The notes under the pieces are model-generated. The model was given only the letters and a program-made list of their open reading frames with translations. It ran no database searches and had not been told where the DNA came from. Of a stretch of DNA of 64,000 nt, positions 29,263 through 38,017 are shown piece after piece. This stretch comes from Sulfurospirillum sp. (GTDB taxonomy: Bacteria; Campylobacterota; Campylobacteria; Campylobacterales; Sulfurospirillaceae): NCBI GenBank assembly GCA_045047115.1, contig JASFYR010000022.1, positions 1 to 64,000 on the forward strand, in the 5' to 3' direction. The translations under genes and the position numbers were made by a program. The first letter of the stretch is position 1. The number at the start of each line of letters is the position of its first letter.

Positions 29263-30278
29263 ACCTCTTTTAGGAACTTCACAGCCTCCAAAACAGTCTT
29301 TTTGTTGCCTATGACAAGAGGTGTTCTTTGATGTATGGAAGTTGGTTGAATATCCAGTATGTTTTCGCCTTCGTCATTCATCGCCAGCCCTCCTGCTTGT
29401 TCGGCTAAAAATGCCAGGGGTGCCGCTTCATACAAAAGTCTTAGTTTTCCACTTTTTTTGTTTGGATCTTTTTTGTCTTTTGGATATAAAAATATACCCC
29501 CGCTTATAAGGTTTCTGTGGAAATCAGCAACCAAAGAGCCGATGTATCTTGAGGAAATTTCGCTATCTTTTATATGATTTATGTACTTTTGCATATTTTC
29601 ATCCCAATACCTGCAGTTTCCCTCGTTTACGCTTAGATATTTACATTTTTTTGGGATTTTTATATCTTTGTGTGAAAGATAAAATTCACCCACACTGGGA
29701 TCTAGCGTAAAGCCGTTTACTCCATGTCCGGTTGTAAAAACCATCATAGTGCTTGAGCCATAGAGGATATATCCTGCTGCTACCTGTTTGCTTCCTTTTT
29801 GCAGAAAATCATCCGCAGTTCCGGGAACATCATAAGAAGATGTATCCCAGCTTGAAGTTACGCGTCTGTGTATGGAAAAAATTGTTCCTATGCTGACATT
29901 GACATCTATATTTGATGAGCCGTCAAGTGGATCAAAAGCAAGAGTGTATTTTCCGCTGTAACCCTCTTTTACAGGGATTACCTTCTCTTCCTCTTCTGAG
30001 ACCATCGCACAGACATAGCTACAGCTCTCCATTCGCTTTTTGATTGTATTATTTGTCAGTTCATCCAGATTTTGAACTTCTTCGCCCTGGATATTTTTTT
30101 TACCTGATTGTCCCAGTATATCTGCAAGTCCTGCCTTGTTGACTTCGGCATTTATAGTTTTTGCAGCGACTATAAGCTCATTTAAGAGTCCTGTTAGATC
30201 TCCTTTTGCTTCAGGAAACATATGTTGTAAATCCATAATGTATCTACTAACAGTGATACCTAGGGGTTTGTCTATCAT
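29259..30278 (-). CDS. fbp: Second class I fructose-1,6-bisphosphatase, long canonical type (start moved to ATG 30278 after AGGAG)
   Basis: N-terminal helices, NIQGEEVQNLD, SEE, FDPLDGSSN, RYIGSLVAD, KLRLLYE. Confidence 0.93.
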   Translation of the reverse strand: MIDKPLGITVSRYIMDLQHMFPEAKGDLTGLLNELIVAAKTINAEVNKAGLADILGQSGKKNIQGEEVQNLDELTNNTIKKRMESCSYVCAMVSEEEEKVIPVKEGYSGKYTLAFDPLDGSSNIDVNVSIGTIFSIHRRVTSSWDTSSYDVPGTADDFLQKGSKQVAAGYILYGSSTMMVFTTGHGVNGFTLDPSVGEFYLSHKDIKIPKKCKYLSVNEGNCRYWDENMQKYINHIKDSEISSRYIGSLVADFHRNLISGGIFLYPKDKKDPNKKSGKLRLLYEAAPLAFLAEQAGGLAMNDEGENILDIQPTSIHQRTPLVIGNKKTVLEAVKFLKEV

Positions 30279-30322
30279 CTCATCACTCCTTTGGTCTATT
30301 TGTGGCAAATGATACCATAAGC

Positions 30323-31936
30323 TTACTTTAGATTTGTAATCAACTTATCTAATGAGACTTTTTCTCCCAGGAGTTGCATATATATTATATAGTTTGCTAG
30401 TACCTTTTTACCGTATTTTCTGGTTTCGGGGTAGCTTATTGTCTCCATGCTGAAAAATGGCTCATACTGTGATTTTGTGAAAAAATTTCCGGATTTTAGC
30501 AATCTTTTCGTATAGCCTATTCCGCCATTGTATGCATAGGCGACCAAGAGCGGGTGGTGCAGTTTTTTTACAAGATAATTTAGGTGAAGATTTGCAAATT
30601 TATATGCAATTTTTGGGTCAAACATCTCATCTGTATCAAAATTCTTGATTTTTTGATTTTTTGCAGTGGCAATGGCAAGAAAAGGCATAAACTGCATCAT
30701 TCCAAGTGCGTAGGATGTGGATACGGAAGCCGGAATAAATCTGCTCTCTTGTCTGGCGATTGCTAAAATGAGTGATTTTCTTTTGTTGGTATAAGTGCTT
30801 AGATAGCTAAAAAAAGGCATCGGAAAATAGTGGGTTTTATATCCTTTGGCTTTTTCAAGTAAAAATGCATATTGACCTATTGTATTTTTATGTCTGAAGC
30901 TTTTTGCAGTTTTTTCCAGAGTTGTTTTGTTTTGATCTTTGATTTCTTGCAGCAGTGTTGTCCACAAGAAAGGATTTTGTATATCATAGTTTTTATCTGT
31001 GCTGTTAATGTCCGGTGAAATGATATTGGTAAATTTTGTAGAGTATTTTTCGTGTGCATAGATGGTATAAATATTTACATCAAAACTTGAATTTAGCTCC
31101 TGTGTATATTTTTCATCTTTTGTAAGCAAATATTTCCAAAATATTATCTTGTCTTTATCAAATCTATAATATGCTTTCTTGTAAGCCTTATCAAGAAAAT
31201 TTAAAGCCAAGATTTTGCGATTTTGTTCCAGTGCATTTAAACCAAGAAAAAAGAGTGATTTTTGAGTCAAATTTTGATTTGCCTCTACATGCAGAAGAGA
31301 TTTTTGAAGATTTTTTAACTCTCGTTGTGTTACTATAATTTCAATACTCCTGTTAAATTCTTTGAAATTTGCAAGTCTGTTTATCTCCTCTTTGGATATC
31401 TTTTTGTTAAAGAGTTTTTTTCTATTTTTTGGACCTGCTTTATTAAAAATTTCAATAAATTTTTTACTCTTTTTTAGAGCCTCTTGCAAGATGTTGCCTG
31501 AACTGAGTATAACCATGGTTTCATTTATGTCTTTGTATTTTTTGAGCCTTTTTGAGAGATTTTTAGTGGTATTTTTATCTAATGTTAGAGCGTCTGATAT
31601 GCTAAGACCTATCGCGATGCATTCGTCATCTGTTTTCAAAAGAAGATCTGTTTTTAGTTTGAGACATTTAGAGACTTTTTCAAAACCTTTATCCTTTATT
31701 TTTTTGGCAATTGAGTAAAAAAGTTTGAAATTTACTCTTTTTGTCTGTTCTAGTAGCTTTTGTGCTTCATCTCCTGTGACATTTCTTTCGTTTAGGTATC
31801 TGTATATATAGTAATCCTTGGCTATGCTTCTTGGAAGTTTATGAAAAGACGAAAAATCCTGCGGCATCTGAGCATATAGTAAAAAAGGGGTGAGGAGGCA
31901 TAGCAGTACTGCTATACCTCTGGCTCTAAACGGCAT
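30323..31936 (-). CDS. slt: Soluble lytic transglycosylase (Slt-like)
   Basis: Signal peptide; ARQES, GMMQFM, AYNGG, ETRKY. Confidence 0.88.
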   Translation of the reverse strand: MPFRARGIAVLLCLLTPFLLYAQMPQDFSSFHKLPRSIAKDYYIYRYLNERNVTGDEAQKLLEQTKRVNFKLFYSIAKKIKDKGFEKVSKCLKLKTDLLLKTDDECIAIGLSISDALTLDKNTTKNLSKRLKKYKDINETMVILSSGNILQEALKKSKKFIEIFNKAGPKNRKKLFNKKISKEEINRLANFKEFNRSIEIIVTQRELKNLQKSLLHVEANQNLTQKSLFFLGLNALEQNRKILALNFLDKAYKKAYYRFDKDKIIFWKYLLTKDEKYTQELNSSFDVNIYTIYAHEKYSTKFTNIISPDINSTDKNYDIQNPFLWTTLLQEIKDQNKTTLEKTAKSFRHKNTIGQYAFLLEKAKGYKTHYFPMPFFSYLSTYTNKRKSLILAIARQESRFIPASVSTSYALGMMQFMPFLAIATAKNQKIKNFDTDEMFDPKIAYKFANLHLNYLVKKLHHPLLVAYAYNGGIGYTKRLLKSGNFFTKSQYEPFFSMETISYPETRKYGKKVLANYIIYMQLLGEKVSLDKLITNLK

Positions 31937-32222
31937 TTGCTAATGAAAATAGAAGTTTTACAGCAAATAAATCTAAAAATTGCAATCCTAAAATGATGAT
32001 TATAGGAGCAAGATCGATTCCACCTATGACTGTAGGTATATATCTTCTTATAAAAGCATATACCGGCTCAGTCAGTCTGTTTAAAACCTGTATTATCGGA
32101 TTGTAGGGATCGGGTCTTACCCAGGTAATGAGAGCTGCTATGATGACAACCCAGATGTATATGTTTATAACCATATGTAAAATTTGTGCCACTGCTTCTA
32201 TAAGTGTTGAAAATACTATCAT
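31926..32222 (-). CDS. yggT: YggT family membrane protein
   Basis: WVRPDPYNP, LTEP, GGIDLAP. Confidence 0.9.
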   Translation of the reverse strand: MIVFSTLIEAVAQILHMVINIYIWVVIIAALITWVRPDPYNPIIQVLNRLTEPVYAFIRRYIPTVIGGIDLAPIIIILGLQFLDLFAVKLLFSLANAV

Positions 32223-33517
32223 TTTGCTACCTCTTTTATATAATTTTTTATCAACGGATACAGATGTGTCAGCTCTGGTCCGTTTTGGTTGTTTGTTAAA
32301 AGAACTTTTAGTGGCTTAAAGAGAGATTCTCCTTTAAAGCCACTCTCGTTCATAAGATATTTTTTAAAATCACCGAACTCTTCAAATTCAGGTGCGTTTT
32401 GTACTATCTCTTTTAGTTTTTCAAGGTTTTGGCCAAATTTGCCCTCTATATGTTTTGGGGCAAATATAGCATCAATCTTTTGTTTTATTTCGAAAGTAGT
32501 ACTTCCCTCTTGAGTGTATAGTTTAGCCAGCTTTCCTATGCCTTTTCCACTATATCCAATTCTCTTTGCCAGCTCTTCATTGCTTAGAAGTTTTATGTGT
32601 TCTATGTTTATAAATCTAAGTTTTTCTATATCAAATTTTGCTGCAGACTTTGAAATGAGATTTATATCAAACCATTCTATTGCCTCTTCTAGGGTGAAAA
32701 TCTCTTTTGGAGGCTTATTGCCTAAAAGTATAAGATGGTTTATGATGGCTTCAGGTATATAGCCTTGGTCAAGGAGCCATTGAACACTGCTTGCGTCATC
32801 TCTTTTGCTCATCTTTTTGCCAAGTTTATTTAAGATAATGGGCAGATGTGTATAGGTGATTTTTTCACTGTATCCCAGAGACTTTCTTATATGCTCTTGT
32901 TTTGGCGTGTTTGAGAGGTGCTCTTCTCCTCTTATGATGTGGGTGACACCTTGGAGCATATCATCAATAGCGCAGGCAAAATTGTATGTCGGGTATTTAT
33001 CGACTCTCATAATTACAAAGCTGTCCACTGCTTCACCATTAAATGTTAAACTGCCTTTGATGGTGTCATCAAAAGAGATGTTATAAATTGGTTTTTTCAT
33101 CCTTATAACAAAGGGTTTTGTACTATTTAGTATATAATCGCTGCTAAGATTTTCACAAGTTCCGTCATATCTATAAGCTCTTTTCTCCTTTTTTGCAATC
33201 TTTCTCTTCTCTTCTAGTTCGTCTTCTGTACAAAAACACATAAAAGCCTTTTTTTCATCAAGTAGAGTTGATGCAAACTGCAAGTGGTATTTAAAGTTCT
33301 CACTTTGGTAGTAAACACTGTCATATTTTATACCAAAAGTATCAAGCAGGGCGAGTATGTCCTTGTCCATTCTTTCTATATTTTCAGCTTTGTCTGCATC
33401 TTCAATTCTAACAATAAATCTATCGCTGTTTTGTTTTGCGCAAATGTAGTTAAACAGTGCAGCTCTAAGGTTGCCTATATGTATATCTCCCGTTGGAGAA
33501 GGGGCAAATCTGTACAT
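32219..33517 (-). CDS. gltX2: Glutamate--tRNA ligase, second paralog (GluRS2 type)
   Basis: RFAPSPTGDIHIGN, RIED, IRGEEH, KMSKR; gltX-yggT-slt order. Confidence 0.88.
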   Translation of the reverse strand: MYRFAPSPTGDIHIGNLRAALFNYICAKQNSDRFIVRIEDADKAENIERMDKDILALLDTFGIKYDSVYYQSENFKYHLQFASTLLDEKKAFMCFCTEDELEEKRKIAKKEKRAYRYDGTCENLSSDYILNSTKPFVIRMKKPIYNISFDDTIKGSLTFNGEAVDSFVIMRVDKYPTYNFACAIDDMLQGVTHIIRGEEHLSNTPKQEHIRKSLGYSEKITYTHLPIILNKLGKKMSKRDDASSVQWLLDQGYIPEAIINHLILLGNKPPKEIFTLEEAIEWFDINLISKSAAKFDIEKLRFINIEHIKLLSNEELAKRIGYSGKGIGKLAKLYTQEGSTTFEIKQKIDAIFAPKHIEGKFGQNLEKLKEIVQNAPEFEEFGDFKKYLMNESGFKGESLFKPLKVLLTNNQNGPELTHLYPLIKNYIKEVAK

Positions 33518-33585
33518 TTATTATCCTGATTGTTTTTTTGTGATTTTATCTAAAATATTCTTGTAAGTATATTTAAAAACTTTTC

Positions 33586-33623
33586 CCACAGAGATTTTTT
33601 TTGTGGTTTATAAATCTCTGTGG
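33586..33623. repeat. Perfect 12-bp inverted repeat CCACAGAGATTT/AAATCTCTGTGG, 14-nt loop; possible terminator or REP-like element
   Basis: Direct reading; T-tract on the plus-strand side. Confidence 0.65.
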
Positions 33624-33682
33624 TTTTGTTTATGAGCCAGTCTACATGTCTTGAGGCGTTTTTCAGGTTTATCGGTTCAAAG

Positions 33683-34696
33683 TTATTTTGCATCTAAAAT
33701 CCTCTCTATCTCTTTCATGGCATTTTGATTTTTGAGTGAAAATTTTATCTCTATTCTTCTTGAAGCCTCTTTGTTCTCTTTACCGTCTTTGTTGTAAATT
33801 GGGTCAAGATATGATCTTCCACTTGCTATCATCAGAGGTTTTATATGGTGTTTTTTTACGAAATCAAGGCTAAGAAGATAATTCATAACTTCATAAGCCC
33901 TTTTTTGGGATAGTTCAAGATTGTACAAGAAGCCACCGTCACTGTCAGTATGTCCTTCGATTATGATTTTATCTATATGATCTTTTATATCTTTGTTTCC
34001 CAAAAGGGCACCGACATACTCTATAAATACCTTCTTCAGCTGTTTTTTGGAGTTCTCTTTTAGAACCGCTTTACCTTTGTCAAAGAGTATATTTGACGAA
34101 AATCTCAAAGATCCGTTTTTTGGGTCTATCTGTATCTTTTTGCCGAGTATTTTTTTAAGTTCCGCGATAACCTTGATACGAATACCGGTAAGATTTTTTA
34201 TCTTCTGTTTTGTCTTTTGCATTTGAGCTACAAGTCTGTCGTATCTGGTCTCTTTTTCCCCCAGAGTATTTAGCAGTTTAAGTATCTCTTCGTCTTTTAG
34301 TTGCAGAGTGCTGTTTTTGTCATTTAACTCATTGGAGAGAACTAAAACCTTTCCTTTGTAGTCATTTAGGCTTTTTTCTTTTTCCAAAAGAGAGGCATTC
34401 ACATCGTTTATCACTGATTGTAAAATTACGATTTTATTACTAAAAGAGCTCAGTTGTGTATTTTTCTGAAAAAGCATAGCTTTTAAATCTTGTATTTCAT
34501 CATTTTTCAAATCAAGTGCGCTTTTTTTCTTTTGAAGTGAGTTTTCGCTCGAGAGAAGGTTATGTTTTAAGATGATAGATTTTGTTACAATCGCACCTAT
34601 AAGTAGGATAAAAACAAAAAGCAGTCCCGCCATCAAGTCGGCATAAGATATCCAAAAGTTTGTAATATCTTCGTTTTTATTTTTTTTAAATACCAT
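33683..34696 (-). CDS. MotB/OmpA-family membrane protein (ZorB-like) with long coiled-coil linker
   Basis: FWISYADLMAGLL TM with conserved Asp; EGHTD, NLELSQKRA, SRRIEI peptidoglycan-binding motifs. Confidence 0.85.
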   Translation of the reverse strand: MVFKKNKNEDITNFWISYADLMAGLLFVFILLIGAIVTKSIILKHNLLSSENSLQKKKSALDLKNDEIQDLKAMLFQKNTQLSSFSNKIVILQSVINDVNASLLEKEKSLNDYKGKVLVLSNELNDKNSTLQLKDEEILKLLNTLGEKETRYDRLVAQMQKTKQKIKNLTGIRIKVIAELKKILGKKIQIDPKNGSLRFSSNILFDKGKAVLKENSKKQLKKVFIEYVGALLGNKDIKDHIDKIIIEGHTDSDGGFLYNLELSQKRAYEVMNYLLSLDFVKKHHIKPLMIASGRSYLDPIYNKDGKENKEASRRIEIKFSLKNQNAMKEIERILDAK

Positions 34697-34698
34697 TT

Positions 34699-35826
34699 TT
34701 ATCTCTTAAACCCTCTTAGCATCTCTTTGTGATACTCTTCTAAATCTTGCAGAATTTTTTCATTGTGTCCATCCAAGAGATAGGCGAAATCCGCAAGTTT
34801 AACGACAATCTCAGCTACTTCTTTATCTATTTTTCCGAAAGAGGATTCTATGTTGCTTGAGAGTTTTTCATTTACACTTGATATTGTGTTATCAAGCGAA
34901 TTTGTTGCGTTTGTAAACTCTTTTATGGTGTTGTCCAGATTTTGGGTTGCATTTAATGCCTCACTGGAGTATTGTACCTGTGAGAGTGTTTCGCCGAGTT
35001 TGTTTGCTGCACTGTTCATGTCTTCTGTTATACCTGAAAAAGAAGATGAGGTAGTCTCAATGATATCTTTAAAGTTATTTAGGTACTCTTCGTTTAAAAC
35101 TCTGACTTTATCAGCTGTAAATATCTCTTTTAGTGCGTTTACAAGATTTTGGTTTTCTATCTGCCTGTTTTCATATTGATATTTGTCAAGTTCGTTTTGG
35201 CTCCATACATATTTTGAGTAGAGTGTTTTTATGTATTCCATTGTTCTGGATATTTTGCTCATTCCTCTTTTTTCAAAAAACATCCACCATAAAGATAAAA
35301 ATATACCATAAATAGACGCATAAAAAGCCGTGCCGACACCGCTTAAGAGTATACTGATTTCACGATCCAGTGCAGCTGTATTTTGGACGGAAAAGTCAGG
35401 CATTGACATAGCTATTGATATAAATGTACCTAAGATTCCGAGCATCGGAAAAACCGTTGTGGCTATAGTAGAAAAATTATCGTTTCTAAAACCGTTGATG
35501 TATCTTTCTAAAAATTCATCTATGCTTGAGAGAGATTTTTTGTTTCCATTGATAGAGAGTAGATTTTGATTCAAGTACTCTTGCAGTTTATCCCCTATCT
35601 CATAAAAGGAGTTTCTGAAACTACAAGCTGCATAGTTGGCATTGTGTTTTACAAAAAATATAAATATAAAAAATATAAAACCTAAAATAACCAAAGTGTG
35701 CATCTCCACCTTTAGAGGTACATAGCCAAAAAAAGCACCAATTGCCGCACAATATATAAGGAGTGGAACTGAAAAAATAACTAAAAAATTTGGAAAACAG
35801 TTTGAAGATTCTTCGGATGGTAGCAC
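34699..35826 (-). CDS. MotA/TolQ/ExbB-family proton channel protein (ZorA-like) with helical C-terminal tail
   Basis: FPMLGILGTF and GTAFYASIYG channel helices; GTG start after AAGGAG; adjacent to the MotB-like gene. Confidence 0.8.
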   Translation of the reverse strand: MLPSEESSNCFPNFLVIFSVPLLIYCAAIGAFFGYVPLKVEMHTLVILGFIFFIFIFFVKHNANYAACSFRNSFYEIGDKLQEYLNQNLLSINGNKKSLSSIDEFLERYINGFRNDNFSTIATTVFPMLGILGTFISIAMSMPDFSVQNTAALDREISILLSGVGTAFYASIYGIFLSLWWMFFEKRGMSKISRTMEYIKTLYSKYVWSQNELDKYQYENRQIENQNLVNALKEIFTADKVRVLNEEYLNNFKDIIETTSSSFSGITEDMNSAANKLGETLSQVQYSSEALNATQNLDNTIKEFTNATNSLDNTISSVNEKLSSNIESSFGKIDKEVAEIVVKLADFAYLLDGHNEKILQDLEEYHKEMLRGFKR

Positions 35827-35856
35827 TATATTCTCCTTGAAATAAATGTTTGGGGC

Positions 35857-35894
35857 ATTATATCACAATTGATTAAATTTTTTTATGATAAAAT
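35857..35894. promoter_or_regulatory. Back-to-back extended -10 promoters: TGATATAAT (minus, 35857-35865) and TGATAAAAT (plus, 35886-35894)
   Basis: Both match TGnTAwAAT between the divergent genes. Confidence 0.6.
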
Positions 35895-35923
35895 ATAGAA
35901 AAAGTAAAAACAGGACTTCGTAA

Positions 35924-36574
35924 ATGTTGGAAAAACTACTAGATTCTCCGCTGTTTAACTCATTGCCTATGGAGTTAATAAAAGAGATTTCACTATTTTG
36001 TAAAATAAAAAAATTTGCAAAAAATGAAGTTCTTTTTTATGAGAATGATGAAGTTGATACAATTTATTACATCCTTAAAGGGTCTGTTAAATTTTATAAG
36101 GTTGACAGATTTGACAATGAGATATTTTTATATAAGCTCTCAAAAAATTCTCTCATTTTTGATCTCTCCAAATTGTGTGAGGAATTTATACTACAGTGTT
36201 TTGCAAATGCTGAATTTATAGAAGAGAGTGAGATTTTGGCAATAGATGCAAAAAAGTTTAAAATCTTGATGAAAGAGAATCAAAAACTGATGCAAAGAAT
36301 TATGAGGGAATCGTTTTTGATGATTCAGCAGATGCAGTGTATTATAAGCAGAGACATAGTCTTTGACGGAACCGCAAAAGTTGCTCATATGATAGACAAT
36401 GATTTGAAAGATTTTAATATGCTAAAAAAACACGAGATAGCATATATGTTGCATATGCAACCAGAAACGCTTTCACGGATTTTGAAAAAACTGACAAGAA
36501 ATAGCATCATTAAGATAGAAAACAATCAAGTGATTGTTCAGGATAAAAAAGAGTTAAAGGATATATATGATTAA
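35924..36574 (+). CDS. Crp/Fnr-family transcription factor (Nss/DNR-like; no N-terminal FNR Cys cluster)
   Basis: cNMP-like domain (LFYE.D...YYILKGSVK) and HTH with QPETLSR. Confidence 0.9.
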   Translation: MLEKLLDSPLFNSLPMELIKEISLFCKIKKFAKNEVLFYENDEVDTIYYILKGSVKFYKVDRFDNEIFLYKLSKNSLIFDLSKLCEEFILQCFANAEFIEESEILAIDAKKFKILMKENQKLMQRIMRESFLMIQQMQCIISRDIVFDGTAKVAHMIDNDLKDFNMLKKHEIAYMLHMQPETLSRILKKLTRNSIIKIENNQVIVQDKKELKDIYD

Positions 36575-37937
36575 GCCATCAGGAATCAACAATAAACTTA
36601 AATTGGTGGGAGGCTCACTTACTTTTGTTGTGATTGCAACTATTATGATTTCATTATATATGAATATTAAAACCAAAAAAGATGCCCTCATAATAAATAT
36701 AGCCGGAAAGCAGAGAATGCTTACGCAAAAGATCAGTAAAGAGATATTTTATAATATACTCAAGTACTCTACAGATTTCAGGATAGTTGACAGTGCTATG
36801 AGTACATTTGAAAACAACCTTTATGATCTTATAAACGGAAATAGTGCAAGAGGTATATATCCACCACAGGACAAGAAGATCACAGAAAAGCTAAAGCAGG
36901 TTCAAAAGATGTGGATACCGTTCAAATTACATGTGCAGGAGTTGGAAAAAAACCTTGAAAAGATAAGCCCCAGCTTAGAGGTTTTTACGATTAAGATCAA
37001 TAAAATTTTAAGTCTCTCTGACAACATAGTTAAAACGATGGTGAAAAACAATATGAAAGGAGTTTATATAGATCTCTCAGGCAGACAGAGAATGCTCTCT
37101 CAAAGAATGGGGTTGTTCCTCAAGAGATATCTCAGAACTTCAAACAGAGAAGACTATACCATATATCTAAATGCCAAAGATTTATATAACACTACGATTA
37201 TAAATTTTTTAAATAACGAAAAGATAAAAGATAATAAAGAGGTCTATGTGGCATGTAAAATCACTTATGATTATTGGAAAAATTTTCAAAAATATGCAAA
37301 TGAACTCATAAGTGAGCAGACAAATATAAATAAACTCACCAAATACATATATAAAAATAATGTTATAGTACTTAAAAATATGGATGAAGCCGTATGGCTC
37401 TTCACAGACTACAGTGAACAGAAAAATATGCTTTTTGTCTATATGCAGTTTACGCTGTTGAGTCTAGGTGTTATTATCATTTTATACAGCTTTTTACTTA
37501 CAAAAGAGATTATGAATCATGTAAGGGATTTTATAGACAAGGCAAAAATGTTAGCTCTATCAGATATAACCCAAATAAATACGAAAAATTTTAAACTGGC
37601 AGAGGCAAACGAAGATGAACTCAAAGAAGCTTCAGGACATATAAATTCATTTGTACAAAAAGTAAACAATGCCCTAAATCACTCTCAAGATGCTATAGAC
37701 AAGGCTGAAAGAGCCGTTGAAGAGTTGGAGAGTATCTCAGGCGATGCAAATGAGGCATTATCTTCGTTGCAACTGAATGATGCAGATAAAAAAGGTTTTG
37801 ATAAAAAGATAAGTGCCACAGAAGATATAGCTATAGAATCTACTGAAAATCTTCTTCACGTTGCCAAGATGCTTGAAAAATTAAAATCAAATCTGAGTTC
37901 AATATCCCAGATTCAACAAGGGGAAGAAAAAAAGTGA
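36567..37937 (+). CDS. Membrane sensor with two PilJ/NarX-like periplasmic domains, no recognisable kinase or MCP output
   Basis: TM - INIAGKQRMLTQK - IDLSGRQRMLSQR - TM - helical tail; overlaps the Crp/Fnr stop. Confidence 0.8.
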   Translation: MIKPSGINNKLKLVGGSLTFVVIATIMISLYMNIKTKKDALIINIAGKQRMLTQKISKEIFYNILKYSTDFRIVDSAMSTFENNLYDLINGNSARGIYPPQDKKITEKLKQVQKMWIPFKLHVQELEKNLEKISPSLEVFTIKINKILSLSDNIVKTMVKNNMKGVYIDLSGRQRMLSQRMGLFLKRYLRTSNREDYTIYLNAKDLYNTTIINFLNNEKIKDNKEVYVACKITYDYWKNFQKYANELISEQTNINKLTKYIYKNNVIVLKNMDEAVWLFTDYSEQKNMLFVYMQFTLLSLGVIIILYSFLLTKEIMNHVRDFIDKAKMLALSDITQINTKNFKLAEANEDELKEASGHINSFVQKVNNALNHSQDAIDKAERAVEELESISGDANEALSSLQLNDADKKGFDKKISATEDIAIESTENLLHVAKMLEKLKSNLSSISQIQQGEEKK

Positions 37938-37941
37938 TAAT

Positions 37942-37955
37942 TTGACTTAAGTCAT
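37942..37955 (+). promoter_or_regulatory. Crp/Fnr-type box TTGAC-TTAA-GTCAT upstream of napA
   Basis: Perfect inner palindrome TGACTTAAGTCA; 7 of 8 matches to TTGA-N6-TCAA; centred about 42 nt before the predicted TSS. Confidence 0.75.
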
Positions 37956-37975
37956 AGAATTGTACTACCCCTAAA

Positions 37976-37984
37976 TGATACTAT
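37976..37984 (+). promoter_or_regulatory. Extended -10 (TGATACTAT) of the nap promoter
   Basis: TGn plus TACTAT; RBS AGGAGG at 38007-38012. Confidence 0.55.
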
Positions 37985-38017
37985 TAAAACGATGAAAAAT
38001 TTCAATAGGAGGTAAGA

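Noticed and set aside
33683..35826. Complete Zorya defence system or flagellar stator
   Set aside because: No zorC/D/E and no flagellar context; flanked by gltX2 and the nap regulator.
35924..36574. Oxygen-sensing FNR with a 4Fe-4S cluster
   Set aside because: The four Cys are dispersed and do not form the N-terminal FNR cluster motif.
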